Shown here piece after piece: positions 19,513 through 27,126 of a stretch of 64,000 nt of DNA; positions within the stretch are counted from its first letter, which is position 1; every line of letters starts with the position of its first letter. The position numbers and the translations under genes were made by a program. The stretch lies in the NCBI GenBank assembly GCA_963779635.1, contig CAVZZC010000013.1, positions 107,874 through 171,873 on the forward strand, given 5' to 3'. The notes beneath the pieces were generated by a model. The model saw only the letters and a program-made list of their open reading frames with translations. It did not search any database and was not told the origin of the DNA. Source of the stretch: an uncultured Actinomycetota bacterium (GTDB lineage: Bacteria; Actinomycetota; Actinomycetes; Propionibacteriales; Nocardioidaceae).

Positions 19513-20336
19513 TCGTCGGCCTCAGGGTCGAGCACCCGCGCCAGCAGCAGCGCTCGCGGCGACCAGCGCAGCCGGAGTCGCTCCCGGTCGTCGTCGCCGA
19601 CCAGTGCCGGCAGTGGCGCCCCGCGGCCGGGCTCGGCCAGGTCGTTGGCGCGGCGGCGGATCGGCAGCCAGGCGCCAGGCTCGCCGATGACGACCTGGGC
19701 CGGCTGATCGGCGGGGTCGGGCAGCGACGAGGCTTCGATCGTGACGGTCAGGAGGTCGCCGTCGGCAGCCAGCGGCAGGGTGAGGACCGGCTCGTCGTCG
19801 GCGAGCAGCGCGAGGGTGCTGCCCGCACCGGCGATCGTGAGGCGCAGGCCGTCGTCGCTCACCTCGACGGTCCGCAGCTCGGCGGCCTCCTCGACGACGC
19901 CGCGGCGCACCTGGAGCAGACCTTCGTCGGTGCGGCCCAGCCGCCACTGCGTCCGGCCGTCCTCGGCGGGGGGAGGCAGGGGAGCGGTGAACGGCTCGCT
20001 CCAGACAGGCTTCGGGTTGCTGTTGCGCGCGGGCACCACCACCACGTCGTACGTCGCCTCCGCGTCGCCGGGCAGCTGGGCCAGGTCGACCCGGGCGGCG
20101 CGGTAGCCGGGCTGTTCGTCGGCGGGGACCTCGTTCTCCGGGGCGATCACGTCGCCGGAGCCGGTGTCGCGGAGCGCGAGGGAGCCGGGGGCGTCGTCGA
20201 CGGCAAGCCACAGCCGCTGCCCGTCCAGGATCCCGGCGAAGGCGGAGACCGGGGCGCCGCGAGGTGGGGTCGGCGGGGGTGGTGCCGCGTCGGCAGCGTC
20301 GGGTCCCTCTGCGGGTCGACGGCGCGCGAACTTCAC
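19509..20336 (-). CDS. Hypothetical accessory protein (paralog of 16102..16833)
   Basis: ILDGQRLWLAV vs MLDGEHLWLAV; LRLRWSPRALL vs LSLRWTRDGLL; leaderless TAGGCT; ATGA overlap with the downstream GT4. Confidence 0.75.
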   Translation of the reverse strand: MKFARRRPAEGPDAADAAPPPPTPPRGAPVSAFAGILDGQRLWLAVDDAPGSLALRDTGSGDVIAPENEVPADEQPGYRAARVDLAQLPGDAEATYDVVVVPARNSNPKPVWSEPFTAPLPPPAEDGRTQWRLGRTDEGLLQVRRGVVEEAAELRTVEVSDDGLRLTIAGAGSTLALLADDEPVLTLPLAADGDLLTVTIEASSLPDPADQPAQVVIGEPGAWLPIRRRANDLAEPGRGAPLPALVGDDDRERLRLRWSPRALLLARVLDPEADE

Positions 20337-20346
20337 GCTGCGGAGC

Positions 20347-20925
20347 CTAGACGCCCGTGACGCCCTCGCCGCCGCCCGCCTGCTCGTCGAAGTTCTCGCG
20401 CTCGAGCAGGTGCAGCACCGGGACCCCGATCTTGCGGCGGGCCCGGGAGGTCCAGTCGAGGTGGAAGAACTCGGCGACCACGTGTGAGCGGGTCAGGATG
20501 ATCGCCTCGCGGCCGTCGACCTCGGTGACCTTGGTGGACAGCGCGTCGATGGGTGGCTCGGCGATCACGGTCCCGCTGCCGATCGTGGCGCCGGTGGCCT
20601 CGAGGGCCGCGAGCGTGTCCTTCAGCTCGCGGTCGGAGCGGTCCTTGCAGTCCTTGCGCACCGCGTCGAGGTCGACGTCGCGCATCGTCATCGCGGGCGA
20701 GGCCAGCATCTCGCCGGCCGACAGGGATCCCATCGACGCCTCGATGCGCGCCGCGGCGTCCTCGAGCGGGATCAACACGTGGTAGACGACGCGGTCCTCG
20801 ATCTCGTCGTGCAGCGCGCGCACCTGAGCGGCGTCCATCTCGCCGAGCTCCTGCTCGACGAGCAGCACGACGTGGTAGTCACCGATGCCATCGGTGATGT
20901 CGTCGTTGCGGGTGTCATCAGCCAT
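20347..20925 (-). CDS. Conserved actinobacterial USP-like hypothetical protein
   Basis: C-terminal EFFHLDWTSRARRKIGVPVLHL resembles a conserved actinobacterial USP-fold family (recalled). Confidence 0.65.
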   Translation of the reverse strand: MADDTRNDDITDGIGDYHVVLLVEQELGEMDAAQVRALHDEIEDRVVYHVLIPLEDAAARIEASMGSLSAGEMLASPAMTMRDVDLDAVRKDCKDRSDRELKDTLAALEATGATIGSGTVIAEPPIDALSTKVTEVDGREAIILTRSHVVAEFFHLDWTSRARRKIGVPVLHLLERENFDEQAGGGEGVTGV

Positions 20926-20928
20926 CGT

Positions 20929-22023
20929 TCACCCCTCCGGAGTCGCTGACAACACACTACCGAGGTCGTAGCTCACCGGCTGCTCCAACTGCTCGTAGCC
21001 GCACGACTCGGGCTCGCGGTCGTCGCGCCACCGCTTGAAGTGCGCGGTGTGCCGGAACCGGCGGCCCTCCATCGCGTCGTACTTCACTTCGATCACGCGC
21101 TCGGGACGCAGCGGGGTGAAGCTCAGGTCCTTGCCCTGGCTCCAGCGGCTCTGGGTGCCGGGGACCCGGTCGGGGTTCGCGATCGCCCACTCCTCCCACT
21201 CGCCCCAGGGGTGGTCCTTGATGTCGCAGACCAGCGGCTGCAGCTCCTCGATCAGCTCGGCCCGCCGGGCCGCGGTGAAGCTCGCTGAGACGCCGACGTG
21301 CTGCAGCTTGCCGTCGGCGTAGAGCCCGAGCAGGAGGCTGCCGAGCAGCGGTTGCTCGGGCGTGGAGGTCTTGTGCTCGCGGTAGCCGGCCAGCACCACG
21401 TCGGCGGTGCGCTCGTGCTTGATCTTCATCATGGTGCGGCCGTTCGGCGTGTACGGCGCGGGCAGCGGCTTGGCAATGACGCCGTCGAGCCCGGCGCCCT
21501 CGAACTGCTCGAACCACTCTTCGGCCAGCGCCGGGTCGTCGGTGGTGCGGGTCAGGTAGCACGGTCCGCTCAGCCCGCCGAGCCGCTCCTCGAGCACCGC
21601 CCGGCGCTCGGAGAACGGCCGGTCGACGTACGACGTGTCGTCGAGCGCGAGCAGGTCGAACACCACGAAGCTGGCCGGCGTCTTCTCGGCGAGCATGTCG
21701 ATGCGCGACTTCGCGGGATGGATCCGCTCCTGCAGCGTCTCGAACTCCAGGCGCTCTCCGATGGCCACGAAGATCTCGCCGTCGAGCACGCAGCGCTCGG
21801 GCAGCTGCTCCAGCGCCGCCTCCTCGAGCTCGGGGAAGTAGCGGGTGAGCGGCTTGGTGTTGCGGCTGGTGAACTCCACCTCGTCGCCGTCGCGGAACAC
21901 GATCGCCCGGAACCCGTCCCACTTCGGCTCGAAGCTGAGCCCACCGTGCTTCTCCGGATCGGGGACGCCCTTCACCGCCTTGGCGAGCATCGGCTGGACG
22001 GGTGGCATCACGGGCAGGTCCAC
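20929..22023 (-). CDS. ligC: ATP-dependent DNA ligase LigC
   Basis: EPKWDGFR adenylation motif, VLDGEI, FDLL, DGVIAK, MMKIK, FRHTAHFKRWRDD; leaderless TAGGCT. Confidence 0.9.
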   Translation of the reverse strand: MDLPVMPPVQPMLAKAVKGVPDPEKHGGLSFEPKWDGFRAIVFRDGDEVEFTSRNTKPLTRYFPELEEAALEQLPERCVLDGEIFVAIGERLEFETLQERIHPAKSRIDMLAEKTPASFVVFDLLALDDTSYVDRPFSERRAVLEERLGGLSGPCYLTRTTDDPALAEEWFEQFEGAGLDGVIAKPLPAPYTPNGRTMMKIKHERTADVVLAGYREHKTSTPEQPLLGSLLLGLYADGKLQHVGVSASFTAARRAELIEELQPLVCDIKDHPWGEWEEWAIANPDRVPGTQSRWSQGKDLSFTPLRPERVIEVKYDAMEGRRFRHTAHFKRWRDDREPESCGYEQLEQPVSYDLGSVLSATPEG

Positions 22024-22143
22024 CCGGCCGAGCCTAGACGGTCAGCGGCGACGGCCAGAGCTTCGAGTTCCCCGCCGGATCGCCGCGTACCGCGCGGGGC
22101 TGTGACCTTCGACCGCCGCGGCTGACTAACCTGTTCGGAGCAT

Positions 22144-22222
22144 TCCCCGGTTGGTCTGCCGGCAGGGCCCGCCTGACTTTGAATCAGGATTAGCGACGTA
22201 GGTTCGACTCCTACCCGGGGAG
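22144..22222 (+). tRNA. tRNA-Gln(UUG), atypical D arm and variable region
   Basis: Acceptor TCCCCGG/CCGGGGA; anticodon arm CCTGA-CTTTGAA-TCAGG; T arm GTAGG-TTCGACT-CCTAC; CCA not encoded; -10 TAACCT upstream; same position relative to glmU as tRNA-Gln in mycobacteria. Confidence 0.85.
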
Positions 22223-22223
22223 C

Positions 22224-23411
22224 TCAGCAGGCGGCGTCGTACTCCCAGTCGAGGTCGGGGCGTTCGGCTCGGGCGTGCTTGGCCTTGTGGTGTCGGCGGC
22301 AGAGCGGTTGCAGGTTGTCGGTGCTGGTCTCGCCGAGTGGCCATTCCACGATGTGGTCGAGCTCGCACTCGACCGAGGGTCGGTCGCAGCTCGGGTGGGC
22401 GCACGTGGGCTGATCGGCCACGACGTACCTCCAGATCGATCCGGTCGGCTGGTAGCTCTTCGTCGACAACGTCACCATGTCTCCGGCGGGGTCGGTGAGC
22501 ATCCGGTGCCAGGTGGCGCCCTCACGGGTGGCGATCGCCCGAGCCAGGTCGGCAGGGATCACGGTGCCTCCTGCGAGCTGCCCTGGGTCGTCTCGAAGGC
22601 CGGCCAAGGTCTCGAGCGAGACCGTCACGTTGATGATCGGCCTGGCGTAGCCCGGCACCGGCACGCCATCCCCGCGGCCGATCAGCAGGTCGAGGGCCAA
22701 ATCGGACATCAACTGCTCGACGGTGCGTTCGTCACCTGCGGCCCGCCGCTCCTTGGCGCTGAGATGGAGGCGGTGGCGGGCCAGCCGGACTTCGTCGACC
22801 GACGCCGTGATCGCGAGCTGTCCCGTGCCGTCGTCGAACTCGAGCGCGCGCACCGAGCGTTCGGCATGAGCGGCGTCGAACTCGTCGTCGGCCGATCGCA
22901 GCACCCGGGTCTCGTAGTTCAGCTTGTTGCGCAGCTGGGTGATCGTGCAGGTGACGAGCGTGGCGCCGCCGTCATCGACCTGAGCGAGGTGCTTGGCCAA
23001 GTAGGCGCTCACCCTCTCTGCGCAGCGTGCCCAGTCGGCTGGGTCGTCGAGCCGATGCCGAATGATGTCCACGATCACCAGCACTCGTGCCCGATCCAAC
23101 GCACCCATGACGCACAGCTCCCACACCTCGGGCAGGTGCTCCGTCAGGAACAACGCGACGTTGAGCTCGTGCCGGGCGTGGCGGTCTCCGATCGCCCATG
23201 CCTCACTGACGTTGAGAGCGGCCCACTCACGTGCCGTCATCGAGAAGTTGCCGTCGGTGTCCGACTGTCGTCGGTGCAGCTCGACCAAGCGCGCCCAACG
23301 TCTGGCTTGTGCCTGGTTCTCGATCAAGACGTCGTGGAGGCCGCCGTGGAGCAGATCGTGGTCGTTCAACACCGTCACGTTGAAATCCGGTGAGGGCAGG
23401 TCGGGACGCAT
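22224..23411 (-). CDS. DUF222/HNH endonuclease (13E12-repeat-like)
   Basis: CAHPSC...ELDHIVEW...NLQPLCRRHHKAKH; RTVEQLMSDLALDLL; RBS GGAAGG. Confidence 0.85.
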   Translation of the reverse strand: MRPDLPSPDFNVTVLNDHDLLHGGLHDVLIENQAQARRWARLVELHRRQSDTDGNFSMTAREWAALNVSEAWAIGDRHARHELNVALFLTEHLPEVWELCVMGALDRARVLVIVDIIRHRLDDPADWARCAERVSAYLAKHLAQVDDGGATLVTCTITQLRNKLNYETRVLRSADDEFDAAHAERSVRALEFDDGTGQLAITASVDEVRLARHRLHLSAKERRAAGDERTVEQLMSDLALDLLIGRGDGVPVPGYARPIINVTVSLETLAGLRDDPGQLAGGTVIPADLARAIATREGATWHRMLTDPAGDMVTLSTKSYQPTGSIWRYVVADQPTCAHPSCDRPSVECELDHIVEWPLGETSTDNLQPLCRRHHKAKHARAERPDLDWEYDAAC

Positions 23412-23461
23412 CCCATGTTCCTTCCGAGAGGTCGGTCAAGACATCCCGTCGCCTGCCATTG

Positions 23462-23483
23462 ATTGAAGCAGGCGCCACCGACA
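23462..23483 (-). promoter_or_regulatory. RecA-NDp/PafBC-type DNA-damage promoter of the HNH gene
   Basis: TGTCGGTG-N8-TTCAAT vs consensus TGTCRGTG-N8-TAnnnT (one mismatch in the -10). Confidence 0.6.
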
Positions 23484-23517
23484 CCCAGGTCGGTTCAACA
23501 CCCTGGTGTTGAACGCC

Positions 23518-24057
23518 CTACGCGCCCAACGCAGAGAGCGCTGCCTTCACCCCAGGATTAACGCGGGACCGGTCGCCGGTGGCGAGCAGGTCGAGCATCG
23601 CGCCGCGCAGGAGCGCGAGGGTGGCGGTGCGCTGGTCGCGGCCCCGGGCGGTACGGCGCAGCGCCGCAGGCTGCGCCGCGGCCAGCAGCCGCAGCCAGTC
23701 CTCGACGGTGTCGCGGGCGAAATCGCCCCAGGGCCCCTCGGGGTCGGTGAGGGAGCGGGCGTAGGTCTCGGTCCACAGGCGCAGCAGGCCGGCGTGGCCC
23801 GGGTCGGACAACCACGCCCAGATTCGGTGTACGTCGACCGGCCCGTCGAGCTCGTCCTGGCGGGCGCGGGCGAGGAGCCGGCGTACGAGACCGTCCTTGC
23901 TCTCGAACAGGAAGAGCAGCACCCGCGGGCTCGAGCCGATCGCGGTGGCCAGTGGCCGCAGCGACAGGTCGGAGATCCCGTGCTCGAGCACGTAGGCGTA
24001 GGCGAGCTCGAGCAGCTCGGTCTCGCGTGCGGACGGGGTTGTCGAGGTGGCCGGCAC
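23518..24057 (-). CDS. TetR family regulator
   Basis: HTH LSLRPLATAIGSSPRVLLFLFESKDGL; GTG 24057 is 6 nt after CAGAAT (leaderless). Confidence 0.85.
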   Translation of the reverse strand: MPATSTTPSARETELLELAYAYVLEHGISDLSLRPLATAIGSSPRVLLFLFESKDGLVRRLLARARQDELDGPVDVHRIWAWLSDPGHAGLLRLWTETYARSLTDPEGPWGDFARDTVEDWLRLLAAAQPAALRRTARGRDQRTATLALLRGAMLDLLATGDRSRVNPGVKAALSALGA

Positions 24058-24066
24058 GGGCCTATT

Positions 24067-24094
24067 CTGACAGCACTGAAACACTCGTGTCAGT
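24067..24094. promoter_or_regulatory. Candidate TetR operator in the divergent TetR/GNAT spacer
   Basis: CTGACA-N15-TGTCAG inverted repeat. Confidence 0.4.
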
Positions 24095-24103
24095 AGGTGA
24101 GCA

Positions 24104-24598
24104 ATGACAAGCGTCGTGATTCGTCCGGCCGACCAGCCAGGGGACCTGGGCTGGATCGTGCTGGCGCACGGAGAGATGTACAGCCGGGAGTTCGGCTGGA
24201 GCGTCGCCTTCGAGGAGATGGTCGCCGAGATCATGGGTGGGTACGCCGCCGGCCACGACCCCGATCGGGAGCAGGCCTGGATCGCGGAGGTCGACGGCGA
24301 ACGTGCCGGCTGCATCGCCTGCATGCAGGACGACGACCCGGCGACCGGGCGGCTCCGGGTGCTGCTGGTGGATGCGAAGTACCGGGGGCTCGGACTCGGG
24401 GGCGACCTGGTCGAGACCTGCGTCGGGTTCGCGCGGACGGCCGGCTACGTGCGGATGAGGTTGTGGACTACGGGCAACCTGCACTCGGCCCGACGTCTGT
24501 ACGAGGCAGTCGGGTTCCAGCTCACCCACGAGCAGCCCCACCACGGCTTCGGCGCCGACTTGATCGGTCAGGACTGGGAGCTATCACTGGCCAACTAG
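24104..24598 (+). CDS. GNAT family N-acetyltransferase
   Basis: LRVLLVDAKYRGLGLG, LWTTGNLHSARRLYEAVGF. Confidence 0.9.
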   Translation: MTSVVIRPADQPGDLGWIVLAHGEMYSREFGWSVAFEEMVAEIMGGYAAGHDPDREQAWIAEVDGERAGCIACMQDDDPATGRLRVLLVDAKYRGLGLGGDLVETCVGFARTAGYVRMRLWTTGNLHSARRLYEAVGFQLTHEQPHHGFGADLIGQDWELSLAN

Positions 24599-24629
24599 AG
24601 TGAGGCTTCCAGCGTTCGGAGGGAGCCTC

Positions 24630-26102
24630 ATGGGCCAGAACCTGACCGTGATCGTGCTCGCCGCCGGCGGCGGGACCCGGATGAAGTCCAAGACCATGAA
24701 GGTGCTGCACCGGGTCGGTGGGCGCAGCATGATCGAGCACGTCCTGACCGCGGTGCAGGCCATCGAGCCACAACGGGTCGTCGCGGTGGTGGGTCACCAG
24801 CGCGAGGAGGTCGGGGCGCACATCCAGGGCGTGGTGCCCGAGTGCGTGCTGGCGGTCCAGGAGGAGCAGCACGGCACCGGCCACGCCGTACGCGTCGCGA
24901 TCGAGGCGGTCGGCGAGGTCAGTGGCACCGTCATCGTCGCCACCGGCGACACCCCACTGCTGCGCGGCGAGAGCCTGCGGATCTTTGCGGAGGAGCACGA
25001 GGCCGCACAGCGGGCGGTCAGCGTGCTCAGCGCGATCGTCGACGACGCGTTCGGCTACGGCCGCATCGTGCGCGACGACGACGGCGACGTGGTCGCGATC
25101 ATCGAGGAGAAGGACGCCACACCCGAGCAGCGCGAGATCGCCGAGATCAGCTCCGGGATCCTCGCCTTCGACGCAGCGTTCCTCGTCGAGGCGCTGCCAC
25201 AGCTGGGCAACGACAACGCCAAGGGCGAGTACTACCTGACCGACACGGTGCAGATCGCCCGCGATGCCGGGCTCACCGTCGGCGCCCATGCCATCGACGA
25301 CGGCTGGCAGACGGCCGGGGTCAACGACCGCGAGGAGCTGGCCGCCCTCGGGCGCGAGCTCAACCGGCGGATCGTCAGCGGCTGGATGCGCGACGGCGTC
25401 AGCGTGATGGACCCCGCCACCACCTGGATCGACGCCGACGTCGTGCTGGCTCCCGATGTCACGATCCTGCCGGGGACCCAGCTGCTCGGCGCGACCGTGG
25501 TGGCCGAGGATGCGGTGATCGGCCCGGACAGCACGCTCAAGGACTGCGAGATCGGCGCCGGGGCGCGCGTCGTCCGCACCCACGGGGAGCTGGCTGTCGT
25601 GGGCGAGCAGGCCACGGTCGGCCCGTACGCCTTCCTCCGGCCCGGCACGCAGCTCGGGGCCCGGGGCAAGATCGGCACGTTCGTGGAGACCAAGAACTCC
25701 GAGATCGGCGACGGCGCGAAGGTGCCGCACCTGTCCTACGTCGGCGACGCGGAGATCGGCGAGGGCACCAACATCGGCGCCGGCACGATCTTCGCCAACT
25801 ACGACGGGGTCGACAAGCACCGCACCAAGGTGGGCAGGCACGCGAAGACCGCGTCCAACAACACGTTCGTCGCGCCCGTCGAGATCGGCGACGGCGCAGG
25901 CACCGGAGCAGGGACCGTCGTACGCCGTGACGTGCCGCCGGGCGCGCTCGCCGTCAGCGCCGGGCCGCAGCGCAACCTGCCCGGCTGGGCGCAGACCAAG
26001 CGGGCCGGCACCGAGCAGGCGGAGGCGGCCTCCGCAGCGGCGTCTCAGGATGACGGCGCGGGGATTGGGGACTCGGACGCCCCCGGTGCAGAATCGTCGT
26101 GA
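24630..26102 (+). CDS. glmU: Bifunctional UDP-GlcNAc pyrophosphorylase/glucosamine-1-P acetyltransferase
   Basis: LAAGGGTRMKS, GTGHAV, GEYYLTD, hexapeptide repeats, HLSYVGDA, ANYDG. Confidence 0.97.
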   Translation: MGQNLTVIVLAAGGGTRMKSKTMKVLHRVGGRSMIEHVLTAVQAIEPQRVVAVVGHQREEVGAHIQGVVPECVLAVQEEQHGTGHAVRVAIEAVGEVSGTVIVATGDTPLLRGESLRIFAEEHEAAQRAVSVLSAIVDDAFGYGRIVRDDDGDVVAIIEEKDATPEQREIAEISSGILAFDAAFLVEALPQLGNDNAKGEYYLTDTVQIARDAGLTVGAHAIDDGWQTAGVNDREELAALGRELNRRIVSGWMRDGVSVMDPATTWIDADVVLAPDVTILPGTQLLGATVVAEDAVIGPDSTLKDCEIGAGARVVRTHGELAVVGEQATVGPYAFLRPGTQLGARGKIGTFVETKNSEIGDGAKVPHLSYVGDAEIGEGTNIGAGTIFANYDGVDKHRTKVGRHAKTASNNTFVAPVEIGDGAGTGAGTVVRRDVPPGALAVSAGPQRNLPGWAQTKRAGTEQAEAASAAASQDDGAGIGDSDAPGAESS

Positions 26103-26136
26103 GCACGAACACTCCGGCGACCAGGAGCTCTAGCGC

Positions 26137-27117
26137 GTGACTGGAATCCAGAAAACCACCGAGAAGAACTTGATGGTCTTCTCCGGGCGGGCCCATCCCG
26201 AGCTGGCCGCGGAGGTTGTCGACATCCTCGGCACCGACCTGGTGCCGACAGTGGCCTACGAGTTCGCCAACTCGGAGATCTACGTGCGGTTCGAGGAGTC
26301 GGTGCGCGGCTGCGACGCGTTCGTGCTGCAGAGCCACACCGCGCCGATCAACGAGTGGATCATGGAGCACCTGATCATGGTCGACGCGCTGAAGCGCGCC
26401 TCGGCCAAGCGGATCACCGTGGTGCTGCCGTTCTACGGCTACGCGCGCCAGGACAAGAAGCACCGCGGCCGCGAGCCCGTCACGGCACGTCTGGTGGCCG
26501 ACCTCTTCAAGACCGCTGGTGCCGACCGCCTCATCGCGGTCGACCTGCACGCCGACCAGATCCAGGGCTTCTTCGACGGCCCGGTCGACCACCTGATGGC
26601 GATGCCGATCCTGGCCGACTACGTCAAGGAGAAGTACGGCGACCAGCAGCTGGCCGTGGTCTCACCGGACGCCGGCCGGATCAAGGTCGCCGAGCGCTGG
26701 TCGGCCCGCCTGGGCGGCGTACCCCTGGCCTTCATCCACAAGTCGCGCGACATCGACCGCCCCAACGAGTCCGTCGCCAACCGGGTCGTCGGCGACGTGA
26801 GCGGGCGGACCTGCGTGCTGGTCGACGACATGATCGACACCGGCGGCACCATCGTGAAGGCCGCCGAGGCGCTGATGAGGGACGGCGCGGCGGGCGTGAT
26901 CATCGCCGCGACCCACGCGATCCTGTCCGACCCCGCCGTCGACCGGCTCAAGAACTCACCGGCCGCCGAGATCATCGTCACCAACACGCTCCCGCTCGCC
27001 CCGGAGCGCGAGTTCGACAAGCTCACCTGCCTGTCGATCGCACCCCTGGTCGCCCGGGCGATCCGCGAGGTGTTCGAGGACGGCTCGGTCACCTCGATGT
27101 TCGACGGTCACGCGTAG
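26137..27117 (+). CDS. prs: Ribose-phosphate pyrophosphokinase
   Basis: YGYARQDKK, DLHADQIQGFFD, SPDAG, VDDMIDTGGT. Confidence 0.97.
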   Translation: MTGIQKTTEKNLMVFSGRAHPELAAEVVDILGTDLVPTVAYEFANSEIYVRFEESVRGCDAFVLQSHTAPINEWIMEHLIMVDALKRASAKRITVVLPFYGYARQDKKHRGREPVTARLVADLFKTAGADRLIAVDLHADQIQGFFDGPVDHLMAMPILADYVKEKYGDQQLAVVSPDAGRIKVAERWSARLGGVPLAFIHKSRDIDRPNESVANRVVGDVSGRTCVLVDDMIDTGGTIVKAAEALMRDGAAGVIIAATHAILSDPAVDRLKNSPAAEIIVTNTLPLAPEREFDKLTCLSIAPLVARAIREVFEDGSVTSMFDGHA

Positions 27118-27126
27118 GACCGCTGG

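Noticed and set aside
22126-22404. 92-aa minus-strand ORF
   Set aside because: It is the antisense reading of tRNA-Gln plus an alternative frame of the HNH 3' end.
22224-24629. Integrative element with attL/attR at tRNA-Gln
   Set aside because: No integrase and no duplicated tRNA 3' end found downstream.
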